Part shown: positions 21,001-26,174 of the stretch, in pieces | How positions within the stretch are numbered: position 1 is the stretch's first letter | Layout of the letters: each line of letters starts with the position of its first letter | Assembly (NCBI GenBank): GCA_963846585.1 | Contig: CAWJWO010000003.1 | Coordinates: 140,505-204,504 of the forward strand | DNA length: 64,000 nucleotides | From: an uncultured Bacteroidota bacterium | GTDB taxonomy: Bacteria; Bacteroidota; Bacteroidia; Bacteroidales; JAAUTT01 | Direction: 5' to 3' | Notes under the pieces: model-generated | Told to the model about the DNA's origin: nothing | The model's input: only the letters and a program-made list of their open reading frames with translations | Database searches by the model: none | Position numbers and translations under genes: made by a program

Positions 21001-21980
21001 TCACAAAATGTCTGACTGCCCTGGGTAACGTTTGCTGCAGAGTTAGATCCTACCGGGGATGGAATAGTTACATTTACTGTACTGCTGCCACTTAAACAAG
21101 GGCCGGATACTGTCCATCTAAAAATATATGTCCCGCTTATAAGGTTGGTAACACTTGTTGTATTGGAAGAAGGGTTAGTTATATCAGGTGTATTTGGCCC
21201 GGTTACAACCGACCATAATCCTGATTGCCCTCCCGTTCCATTGCCTCCATAGGAACCTGAAAGGTTACAGGAAGTGGTGGTTGTAAAACAATGTGAAATA
21301 TTCTGGTTTGTACCGGCGCTGACAGGGCTTACTCCCCCCCTGTTTTTTATCACTACATCACTATATGATGAACATCCGTTTGTACTGGTCAATGTCCAGC
21401 GCAGGGTGGTAGCACCAGCCGAATTTTCTGACAATGTTATTGTACTTGTAGAAGATTCAGGTGAATTGATAGTTATACCATAATTATTTCCAACAATAGT
21501 CCATAGACCTGATTGTCCTATTCCCGGTGCATTACCTGCAAGTGAATATGTGCCCGGGCAATATGTTTCCGGTGTACCGGCCGTGGCAATAGCAGCGGAT
21601 TTTACAACTATACTTACATCATTGTACACTAATGTTCCATCCTGGCAGGTTGAAGATATTCTAAACTGGTAAGTGTTGCCGCCAGTGAACCCGGTGACAG
21701 TTGTTACAAGATTTTCAGGGTTAGTTATAATACAGGAAGGACCACCGATCTGGGACCAGGTTGTAATCCCGGAACCTTGAAATAATCCGGCTTTTGAGCC
21801 ATGTAATATCATGGCTTCATTCGCACAAATTGTATCATTAATGCCGGAATTGACCGAGCAGTTCTGACCTTTGGCAGTATGTATTATAATTATTGATAAA
21901 AGCAGACAACTAAGTAACCTGATACTAATATTTTTATAAATAATTAATAAATTCACATTTCTCCAACTTTTAAAATTCAT
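8820..21980 (-). CDS. Giant (4386 aa) repeat-rich cell-surface adhesin with T9SS type-B sorting (CHU_C / gliding-motility C-terminal) domain; SprB-like
   Basis: Single uninterrupted 13.2-kb ORF with an N-terminal signal-like segment. It contains three families of tandem Ig/PKD-like repeats and cadherin-like modules. The C-terminal FIPEGFSPNGDGINDYFVIKG...GTYFYII...GYITINR motif is typical of type-B T9SS sorting domains. Confidence 0.9.
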   Translation of the reverse strand: MNFKSWRNVNLLIIYKNISIRLLSCLLLSIIIIHTAKGQNCSVNSGINDTICANEAMILHGSKAGLFQGSGITTWSQIGGPSCIITNPENLVTTVTGFTGGNTYQFRISSTCQDGTLVYNDVSIVVKSAAIATAGTPETYCPGTYSLAGNAPGIGQSGLWTIVGNNYGITINSPESSTSTITLSENSAGATTLRWTLTSTNGCSSYSDVVIKNRGGVSPVSAGTNQNISHCFTTTTSCNLSGSYGGNGTGGQSGLWSVVTGPNTPDITNPSSNTTSVTNLISGTYIFRWTVSGPCLSGSSTVNVTIPSPVGSNSAANVTQGSQTFCDSRVEAVLIGDNPTYANEVVTWTKLSGAGTIISPNNTQTTVTGLNPPASSTFEYNITNSVTACSSTSGVVTLSYSTLDPPSISITSSTNVILPVNDTSTTVTYTFEGGTNTSYAIVETPSGTVSNPSWINSESPQLVAVPNVEGQYVIRFRRYTNGGIGGCGEADADMNIFISQTPTASNAGTAQDLACNVFSTALAGNIPSVGTGVWYQVSGPNNAVISNPNFNDSPISNLIPGKYVFRWSITAGANGTTSEDDVNVIVSPPTPTTSAAGNSTTVCYATTTILQGNSPAINETGTWSVTPGEGVIFSDIHTPHAIVKGLIANTVYTFQWKIANACGADSSTVVITTSGIQGPVQANAGPDQCQSASTTVITQSGNNPESGTGIWSQISGPACSITDVNSPATTVTGMSKGNYLFQWEINWNGCSSTVDTVMVTISQPATTSLAGSEQQICGTSTTLSGNAVSVGVGSWSQISGPGLATISDTLSSTPTISNLVTGVYTFKWNVTNYACPSNYSYVNLYVSSPPTTANAGPNQNICPPATTADLAANAITVGSGTWSYISGPNYPAISNITSPAAVLSNLIYGTYQMLWTSQNGPYCPSSSDTVVINFTPAANAGSNQNLCNETTTYLTGNSEATGIWTQISGPSCTITSTGINTAVVTGMTPGSYDFRFTISNGCSSSYADITVVNSAVPSVPDAGTDQQLCNAALFNMNGNNPVVGTGTWSEVSGPAGTFANGNIYNTSFTPTGGAGTYIMEWTVTNGNCSSTDQVSIEDYATPTTATVGATQNICGYTTTLSGNTPATGVGNWSLVSGPGGATIESPISPSSSVTCAEASSYVFSWTISNGVCTPSTADLTINTNVPPTAPDAGPDQEQCNVSTVSLAGNIINTGTGTWSQLSGPNTASFTNVNNPVTTATGLIAGTYLIEWTSSYNSCSASDTVQIIIDPAPTASNAGTNQSVCNYTDITLTANIPVVGTGTWTQVSGPSSALFVNANDPNTELLGTIVGTYVLRWTIINGICDSSSSTVNITINNIPSMAVAGADQYLCNSSNTSLTGNIPSSGTGTWSLLSGTDSPTITGSNPASVNGLVPGVYVFMYTIANGSCISTDSLQVINYNLPTSSDAGPAQSYCNATTFTLAGNTPVYGTGTWSLVSGPNSPSITTPGSPATTITGTIPGTYVLQWNITNGTCSASLSTVTVTNRVPIILTGPSNASICQNGTQTLNVSASGGTGSYNYQWQYFTGGIWNNLGTNTNNYSTPSLAITGNYVYKVIVTDQVLSGDGGCLTTSTPATVTVVDIPGITTQPVSPANICAGGTSDNMSIIATGGTPALNYQWQYYNGSWNNVVNGTPLGASYSGAATETFSVSGISNTGSYQYQCLVSATGNGCSTATSNTVTLNVVADPVLTVPIYTIATICAGGSTVVSSTISGGIGTPAYQWQYYNGSAWNNVVNGTPAGSTYTNANSLSMTITGTTSPGNYQYRLNTSNSSGCDYTSAGSSYTVVADPTFTSQPSTPAAICIGGTSANMNISASGGTPSLTYQWQYNNSGTWENVVNGTPAGSTYTGSNGTSFSVEGISIPGSYNYQALVEAAGNGCATATSNPVTLSVAAEPAISVQPVDPTAICIGGTANIGLTATGGTPALIYQWQYYNGTSWNNVVNGTPAGSVYTNATTSVLTVASISSAGNFQYQCLVSATGSDCNTVISGAATLTVADDPAITLQPAAITTICNGSTTSLSVTATGGAPSLNYQWQSNTTGCGGSWTSIPGATSNSYTTLALTQTTYFRVQVSATGSDCNTVTSNCATVYVPGITTQPTPANTNICVSGGSTITVATDPGGGTIDYSYQWQYNSGTWNNVADGTPLGSTYTNATTNSMTVNGITPIGTQKYQVVIQVTSPVCAPLTSNTATLTVLADPIFTSQPSSPAGICVGGTTTGMTVAATGGTPSLFYQWQYYNGTSFVNVSAGTPTGSTYTGATGTTFSVAGTTLAGNYQYQCVITASGSGCITNISNPVTVSVIAEPTITVQPATSTTICSGTTTTLSVTATGGTPSLNYQWYSNTTGCGGSWTPIAGATSSNYTTALLTQTTYYEVIVSATGSDCNPATSSCATVYVPLISTQPSASNSAICAGGSSVLTAATVVGVPAIGYTYQWQYDNSGTWANVVNGTPAGSTYANSTTASMTVSGTTATGAQSYQLVVQITNPVCTQITSNIVTITVDADPSVSTQPLSPASICTGGTSANMTIAGNGGTPSLTYQWQYYNGSSWGNVVNGTPAGSTYTGKTSTTFSVAGISNAGSYQYQCLVKAAGSGCTTATSNTVIVTVDADPTLTAPIFTNSNICIGGSTVVSSNISGGTGIPTYQWQYYNGSAWGNVVNGTPAGTTYTNATTSGMTISGTTATGTYQYRLNTSNSSNCDYTSPGASFIVSPASVGGTVTGGTTVCAGINSTGLTLSGNTGSVTKWQSSIDNWVTPVDIANTTNTLTATNLNTSTQYRAVVTSGGCASANSSATTITVNQESGNPTSATATSSTICNGQNTTLTLNGGGGGAVESIKWYTASCGGTLAGSGNNLVVNPVVTTSYYGRYEDGAPCNYNSACATITITVNQKSANPASATATSTTICNGGSTTLTLNGGGGGIGEVVTWYTASCGGTLAGTGNNIIVSPITTTKYYGRYEDGSPCSYNSACATVTITVNQKSTDPTSATASLTTICDGGNTILTLNGGGGGTGEIIHWYTGSCGGTLAGTGNNLNVNPAITTTYYGRYEDGAPCNYNSACATITITVNQKSADPASATASSTTICNGGNTVLTLNGGGGGESESIKWYTGSCGGTLAGSGNNLEVSPVVTTTYYGRYENSAPCNYNSACATITITVNQTSADPGTASASTDTICNGGTTILTLNGGGGGTGEVIQWYSGSCGGTPAGTGNNLTVSPAISTTYYGRYEDGTPCNYNSVCATITITVNQTSADPGSATASADTICNGYNTVLTLSGGGAGTGESIAWYTGSCGGTLAGTGNNLVVSPTINTTYFGRYEDGIPCNYTSACAAITIAVNQTSADPTSATSNADTICNGDNTILTLNGGGGGTGEVIKWYTGSCSGNLAGMGNNLVVGPTITTTYYGRYEDGLPCSYASACDTITITVNQISADPTSSTASSDTICTGDITILTLNGGGGGTGEVIKWYTVSCGGILVGTGNDLLVTPDTTTTYYGRYEDGSPCNYSSACARVTITVNQQSADPASIVASSATICNGSNTTLTLIGGGGGNYQTIKWYAGICGGLLSDTGRTVILSPDTTTIFYVRYEDGAQCDYASACKSIAITVDQKSADPTAATAAADTICIGGSTTLNLQGGGGGTGEIIAWYTVSCGGILVGTGNNLLVNPDTNTIYYGRYEDTTLCNYSSECKTVTITVNRLSADPTSATAGSTSICQGDTTTLTLNGGGGGADETIKWYTKSCGGILTGTGNNVAVNPDTTTTYYGRYEDGAPCKYNSACDSVTINVKQTPGIPLIDTLIQPTCTISTGSVGLVGLPATGAWTITESEESTKITGSGPTSIFSNLAANKAYTFKVTNDSSCSSLSSNNAVINAQPLTPAAPTGVSPQTFCGEANPKLSDFVVLGSDITWYMSSAGGTFIADTTVLISGLTYYAGQTIGGCESAARLAMKDSILPCITLKNISRTILENDTLQFVSNDFTSSFSDSNAYSLVSIEIMSLPENGKLLLSGSPVVISEAINIYDIGNLSFVPNNNWYGSTNFAWNAYDGKYYSISNASVNIIVIPVKHTPILISPTIIDTIPSKGGAKTINIVNNISNIDGDTLTYSIISGPDHGKASISGAGLLVYSPDSTYIGMDTITYQVCNNAIPPQCVTGEVVLNDTGYNSIMHVPVISDIVDTIVENTTLQFQSAQFTSKFTDVNNDTLVKIQIGSLPANGTLSLNSLDVTIGQEILKDNLNILFFAPLKDFTGMTSFIWTASDGIVYSSAANVNIIVTPQKVFIPEGFSPNGDGINDYFVIKGAEQFQITLQVFNRWGDKVYESKNYQNDWNGVANAGILINNNLPNGTYFYIINFNNGEKEKIGYITINR
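10569..13505 (-). repeat. 11 tandem in-frame 267-bp (89-aa) coding repeats, TITVNQxSADPxSATA..ICxG..T.LTLNGGGGG..E.I.WYTGSCGG.L.GTGNNL.V.P..TTTYYGRYEDG.PCNY.SACA
   Basis: I counted 11 units in the translation. Unit boundaries were verified at nt 13505 (TITVNQES) and 10569 (..ACDSV). The pattern resembles Ig-like domains associated with CHU_C proteins. Confidence 0.85.
13506..17410 (-). repeat. About 13 tandem ~100-aa Ig-like coding repeats carrying the Y(Q)WQYYNGS.W.NVVNGTPAGSTYT motif, with a higher-order duplication
   Basis: The YQWQ motif recurs 12-13 times. Blocks such as ..SGISN.GSYQYQCLV.A.G.GC.TATSNTV..V.ADP.LT.PI.T...IC.GGSTVVSS.ISGG.G.P.YQWQYYNGSAW.NVVNGTPAG.TYTNA.. appear twice, nearly identical. 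Confidence 0.8.
17411..21860 (-). repeat. About 16-17 tandem ~85-aa PKD/HYR-like coding repeats (AG.DQ..C....L.GN.P..GTGTWS..SGP.......P.T.V..L..G.Y...W...NG.C.S...V.I)
   Basis: The (T/S)G(T/I/L)WS..SGP motif recurs about every 85 aa through the N-terminal third of the protein. Confidence 0.75.
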
Positions 21981-22244
21981 CCAATTAATGTATTAAATTC
22001 AAATGTACAGATTAGAGAGTTACTTATTCTTTTATATTTGATTAACGATAATTAGTTATCAAAATAACTATTCAAAAATAAGATTTGCCTTACTTTAATA
22101 AAGTTAGGTATTTAATTATGTTAATTACCTAATTAAAGATGATATATGTTTAATTTATTGGTGATCTGTATCAATTAACAATCCGTTTTATGACTTATCT
22201 TTGTACGGTACCATAATTACTGTTTTTTGTTTACAGTTTATTTT

Positions 22245-22285
22245 TTACTGTTAACTGTTTACTGTTTACTGTTAACTGTTAACTG
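22245..22285. repeat. (ACTGTTW)x~6 heptamer array
   Basis: ttactgttaactgtttactgtttactgttaactgttaactg, read directly. Confidence 0.9.
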
Positions 22286-22339
22286 AATTGGTTAATATAT
22301 TACTCTAAAATTTTAAATATAAATAACATTGAAGAATCT

Positions 22340-23530
22340 ATGAATAAAGTCTTAATAACAGATGGTAAAATAAAAATTCTAAGATTACTGATTTTTAAAT
22401 GTTGCATTATATCAGGGCTATTATTAATTATTAATACCCATAAAATATCATCCCAATATGATAATTCAGCCTTTTGTATTTCTCAGTATATTAATCCTAA
22501 AGACAGCAATTCCCTGCATCTTACTATTGAAAACGGGAACTACTTCAAAAATATGTACTATACTGATAACGCTTTTGAAGCGGGATACAAGGAAATAGGG
22601 TATTTTGTTCAGCCACAACTGGCTTATTACCCCAATGGAAGGACTAAACTTTCGGCAGGTATTTACCTCTTAAAATATTCAGGTCTTTCAAATTATACAC
22701 AGGAGCAACCGGTTCTTTCATTTCAATACCATATCTGGGATGGCCTCGATATGGTTTTAGGAACACTCTATGGCACTACTAATCATAATCTTATTGAACC
22801 TGTTTTTCAATTTGACAGGTATATTAACGAACATGTAGAAAACGGTTTACAGTTTCTACTTGATAAAAGCAGGATTAAATCCGATTTATGGCTTAACTGG
22901 GAACAATTCATTTTTAATCTCTCCCCTATACAGGAAAGATTCACAGTCGGATCATCCAATACTTTTCAACTGACAAATTCCGATAGCAGGTTTCAGCTTA
23001 AAATACCTGTTCAATTTCTATTCGCACATAGGGGGGGTATGAATACAACTCAGTCAGCCCCTGTACAAACTCTTTTTAACCTGGTATACGGTGTGGATGC
23101 TGTTTATAATATAAACGGAGCCTTATTCCGCAGGATAGGTATAAGAGGTTATGTTGCCCATTATGCTGATTTGTCAACGAAAAAGGAACAACCCTTCGTT
23201 AATGGCTATGGGCTGTATCCAAACTTTATAATGGAAGGCAAACATTGGGATATAATGCTTGGATACTGGAATGCATGTAAATTTATCGCTCCAAGGGGAG
23301 ATTACCTGTTTCAGTCGGTTTCAGAATTAGATAGTTCCTATACTGAGGCCAGAAGACAATTATTGAATTTTAAATTAACTTATCATCATACAATAAAGAA
23401 AGGCATAGAACTTGGTACCAGATTCGAATCATATTATGATTTAATGAAAACCAATTTTGATTATACTTATAGTGTTTACATTATCTTTAACGGTGATTTC
23501 TTTATATCAAAAGTTGTTGCCGGAAATTAG
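22340..23530 (+). CDS. Hypothetical protein, probably envelope/outer-membrane associated
   Basis: 396-aa ORF with a hydrophobic N-terminal segment and aromatic-rich, beta-strand-like composition. I recognise no motif. Confidence 0.5.
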   Translation: MNKVLITDGKIKILRLLIFKCCIISGLLLIINTHKISSQYDNSAFCISQYINPKDSNSLHLTIENGNYFKNMYYTDNAFEAGYKEIGYFVQPQLAYYPNGRTKLSAGIYLLKYSGLSNYTQEQPVLSFQYHIWDGLDMVLGTLYGTTNHNLIEPVFQFDRYINEHVENGLQFLLDKSRIKSDLWLNWEQFIFNLSPIQERFTVGSSNTFQLTNSDSRFQLKIPVQFLFAHRGGMNTTQSAPVQTLFNLVYGVDAVYNINGALFRRIGIRGYVAHYADLSTKKEQPFVNGYGLYPNFIMEGKHWDIMLGYWNACKFIAPRGDYLFQSVSELDSSYTEARRQLLNFKLTYHHTIKKGIELGTRFESYYDLMKTNFDYTYSVYIIFNGDFFISKVVAGN

Positions 23531-23610
23531 TTGTTTATAAATCAAAAGTTTATTCGTTTATAAAGTTTATGAGGTTAATATGGATTATGGAATTACTTAA
23601 TCACTTTTAT

Positions 23611-23641
23611 CTTGATTCCTGGTTCTTGGCTCCTGGCTCTC
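23611..23641. repeat. (CTTGGYT/CCTGGYT)x~4 heptamer array
   Basis: cttgattcctggttcttggctcctggctctc, read directly. Confidence 0.85.
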
Positions 23642-23667
23642 ATTATCATGTCTTAATTTTGAAGTTT

Positions 23668-24171
23668 TCAGTATGTCTTATAGGCGATTTGCTCTAACTG
23701 TGAGCTTAATGCCAAACCATGCCTGACTATATTTGACCTTTTAATTTCAAATTTGATAGTATTGTTCCTTATCACAAAGTTAATCCCCGAACCAGCATCG
23801 ATAAGCCCATCTTTTTCACTAATTATCAATGTATGGGCATCACCTATTTTTTCCGCAACTACATGCATATCTTTACTCTGCCAAAAACCAACAAAAAGTA
23901 TCTGGCATGGAGATATATTATTGCATGATTCAAGATAGCGCACTATTATAACTCTTGTACCTACTTTTTTCCCGACTGTAAGTTCCATAAGTTTATCATA
24001 AACTGATTTATGGCCAATTATATCTATATAAAAGTTTGTTGAGCCGTCATCCGGCCAATCAATATAACGTGTAAAATTATAAATTGCCGAGGCTATAACA
24101 TTTTCTTCCTGTGCTTTGGATCCTGCAATGCTTATCCATAAACCAATAATAATAAAACAAATTTTTCTCAT
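23668..24171 (-). CDS. YfiR-family (DUF4154) periplasmic protein
   Basis: 167 aa with a signal peptide. Pattern ASAIYNFTRYIDWPD...F.IDIIG.......L....G.KVG.R.I.V.Y......I..CQILFVG is typical of DUF4154/YfiR. Confidence 0.65.
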   Translation of the reverse strand: MRKICFIIIGLWISIAGSKAQEENVIASAIYNFTRYIDWPDDGSTNFYIDIIGHKSVYDKLMELTVGKKVGTRVIIVRYLESCNNISPCQILFVGFWQSKDMHVVAEKIGDAHTLIISEKDGLIDAGSGINFVIRNNTIKFEIKRSNIVRHGLALSSQLEQIAYKTY

Positions 24172-24197
24172 AAAACATAAGCGTTTATGACATAATC

Positions 24198-25964
24198 TTA
24201 ATCCTCTATAGAAAACCTTAAAGTTTCAACTGATTTGTTCCTTAGCATGTCATAAGCGGTTATTTCAATATCATAGTTTCCGGGAACAAGCCCTTTAATA
24301 GGGATAATATTCTGAGAAAGTTTTCCATTTATACGATATTCAATCAAATCGCTCCCAACTGCATTGTCAGTAGCCGCGATATATAACATGGTATTGGAAG
24401 GATAAATTGTATACTTTTCATCGCGTATAGTCTTTTCGCCTATTGCTTTAATGCTAAAATTATAATGAATCTGAGGGGGGGTATTATCAACAAAAAACGA
24501 AAATTTCTTAATAGCTTCAGCGTTATTAACCTTATCTGCAGCAAAATATTCAATTGTATGTAAGCCTTCTTTATTAACTGAAATTGGCGCAGAATAAGCT
24601 GTTTTAACTTCACCGTCAATGGAATATTGAACTGATTGAATTCCAGATCCCGTTTCTTTTGCAGTAAGTACAATCTTTGTCTGGCTTGTAATAAAAGAAG
24701 TATCACGGTTTTTATATATGAGCCCGTTAAAAGACAGAGTAGTATTAGGTGTAATTTTATCCATATAAACCTGTTGAGATTTTGGCAGGGCAATATTCCC
24801 AACATTATCCGATGCAGTGAAGAAAATTGTTTGAACACCTTCGCCATTGATTGCAAAAGGGTCGCTATATATTTGATTTACCAGGGTATTGTTGATGGAA
24901 TACGTAACTTTGTCCACTCCCGATTTATCATCCTTAGCATTGATTTTAAAACGGCTGCGGGAAGATAAGTACAAATATTTCCCGGTGTATTGGTCTCCAA
25001 CTATTTCGTAATTAACCTCGGGAGGTTCTTTATCTATATAAAAACTAAATGCTGATGATTCGTTTTTTTCATCCGGTTTGTCTGTAGATGTGGCAATTAC
25101 CTTTGTTGCTTCCCTGTTGCCTGCATTATCTACCGCATAGTATGAAATTTTCGATTTACCTTCCTTTAACCACGATATTGGAATAGGAACAGTATATATA
25201 TTTTCAGGACCATCATTAATTGAATATATAATCCTGTTAACCCCGGAAAGACTGTCTTTTGAGTTAAGTGAAACAGAAGCTTTGGAAGATAATACCTTTC
25301 CTTTGCTCTCTCCTATAATTTTAAAGTCGGTTTTTGGAGGAGTGTTATCAATAAAAAATTTCGTCGTTTTAGGTTTTTCAACATTTCCGACCCTGTCAAC
25401 AGAATAATAAGCAATAACATATTCCTTTTCTTCATCAAACACCGGATTTATCTTTGTCAAATCAGTGTATACCCCATGGTTAACAGAAACGTAAGTGGCT
25501 TCAACACCAGATACTTCATCATTTGTTAAAAATTCCAATTTTACATCCTTGCCATAATATACCATTCCGTTTTTAATGAATTTATGGCTATATTTAATTT
25601 TAAGATTAGTTACCGGAGGTTTACCGTCAGCAAATACTTCGTATATTATTTCGATTTTAGGTTCTACCGGCATTTTGGTAACAGTATCAACTGCCCACGG
25701 TGACCTCAAAGTATTGCGACCTTCAGTATCAAAATACATAGGGTTGGCATACTTAGCAGTAACAATGCTTGGAAGGGTAAAAGACGGGGATTTGTCATCC
25801 GGAGATGTTGAAATCTTAACATAAATGGGAAGATGCTTGTTTACAAAAACCTTACCCTCAGGACTCACAAATATCTTTTTAGCATGATTTAACTGGGTTT
25901 GTGCAAAAGATAGGGAAAAATCCAAAACAGCTATTGAAATTAAAATAAAGTATTTAATAGACAT
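24198..25964 (-). CDS. Secreted repeat protein with about 5 Ig-like (OmpL47-type / SG(V/I)..(V/I).YSI(N/D)G....Y..P......G...I.Y.A.D..GN.E) modules
   Basis: 588 aa. Signal peptide MSIKYFILISIAVLDFSLSFAQ. Five recurrences of the SGV..I.YSIN.G...Y..P...G...I.Y.A.DN.GN motif. Confidence 0.6.
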   Translation of the reverse strand: MSIKYFILISIAVLDFSLSFAQTQLNHAKKIFVSPEGKVFVNKHLPIYVKISTSPDDKSPSFTLPSIVTAKYANPMYFDTEGRNTLRSPWAVDTVTKMPVEPKIEIIYEVFADGKPPVTNLKIKYSHKFIKNGMVYYGKDVKLEFLTNDEVSGVEATYVSVNHGVYTDLTKINPVFDEEKEYVIAYYSVDRVGNVEKPKTTKFFIDNTPPKTDFKIIGESKGKVLSSKASVSLNSKDSLSGVNRIIYSINDGPENIYTVPIPISWLKEGKSKISYYAVDNAGNREATKVIATSTDKPDEKNESSAFSFYIDKEPPEVNYEIVGDQYTGKYLYLSSRSRFKINAKDDKSGVDKVTYSINNTLVNQIYSDPFAINGEGVQTIFFTASDNVGNIALPKSQQVYMDKITPNTTLSFNGLIYKNRDTSFITSQTKIVLTAKETGSGIQSVQYSIDGEVKTAYSAPISVNKEGLHTIEYFAADKVNNAEAIKKFSFFVDNTPPQIHYNFSIKAIGEKTIRDEKYTIYPSNTMLYIAATDNAVGSDLIEYRINGKLSQNIIPIKGLVPGNYDIEITAYDMLRNKSVETLRFSIED

Positions 25965-26174
25965 AACCTTTAAGTTTAAAGAGTTGATAGTTTAATTGTA
26001 GTTATGCAATTTAATAATATTATATTATATTTATTATATTACATTTAGTAATTTTTAACAACTTAAATTAGAATAATTTCAATAGTTTCTATCAATGATT
26101 TAGAAAATTTGCCTATTTTGCTATAATTTTTAAAATATTAATTGTGTAATAACCATCTGCTTAGAAACAACCTG

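Noticed and set aside
10186-21483. About 20 plus-strand ORFs of 60-145 aa inside the giant adhesin gene (for example 13351-13788, 17782-18126, 18331-18651)
   Set aside because: All lie antisense to an uninterrupted 13.2-kb ORF with clear domain content. Their proline/valine-rich products (..SPVPPPPP..) recur because they mirror the coding repeats (GGGGG read backwards). They are shadow ORFs, not genes.
8820-21980. Possibility that the 13.2-kb ORF is an assembly artefact of collapsed or expanded repeats
   Set aside because: The repeat units are diverged from one another at many positions. The frame is maintained throughout, and unit boundaries are regular. This cannot be fully excluded without reads, so it is listed as a refutation test instead.
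24440-24968. Overlapping ORFs 24440-24856 (-) and 24636-24968 (+) inside the Ig-repeat protein gene
   Set aside because: They are alternative-frame or antisense ORFs within a 588-aa gene that has a signal peptide and clear repeats. They have no independent support.
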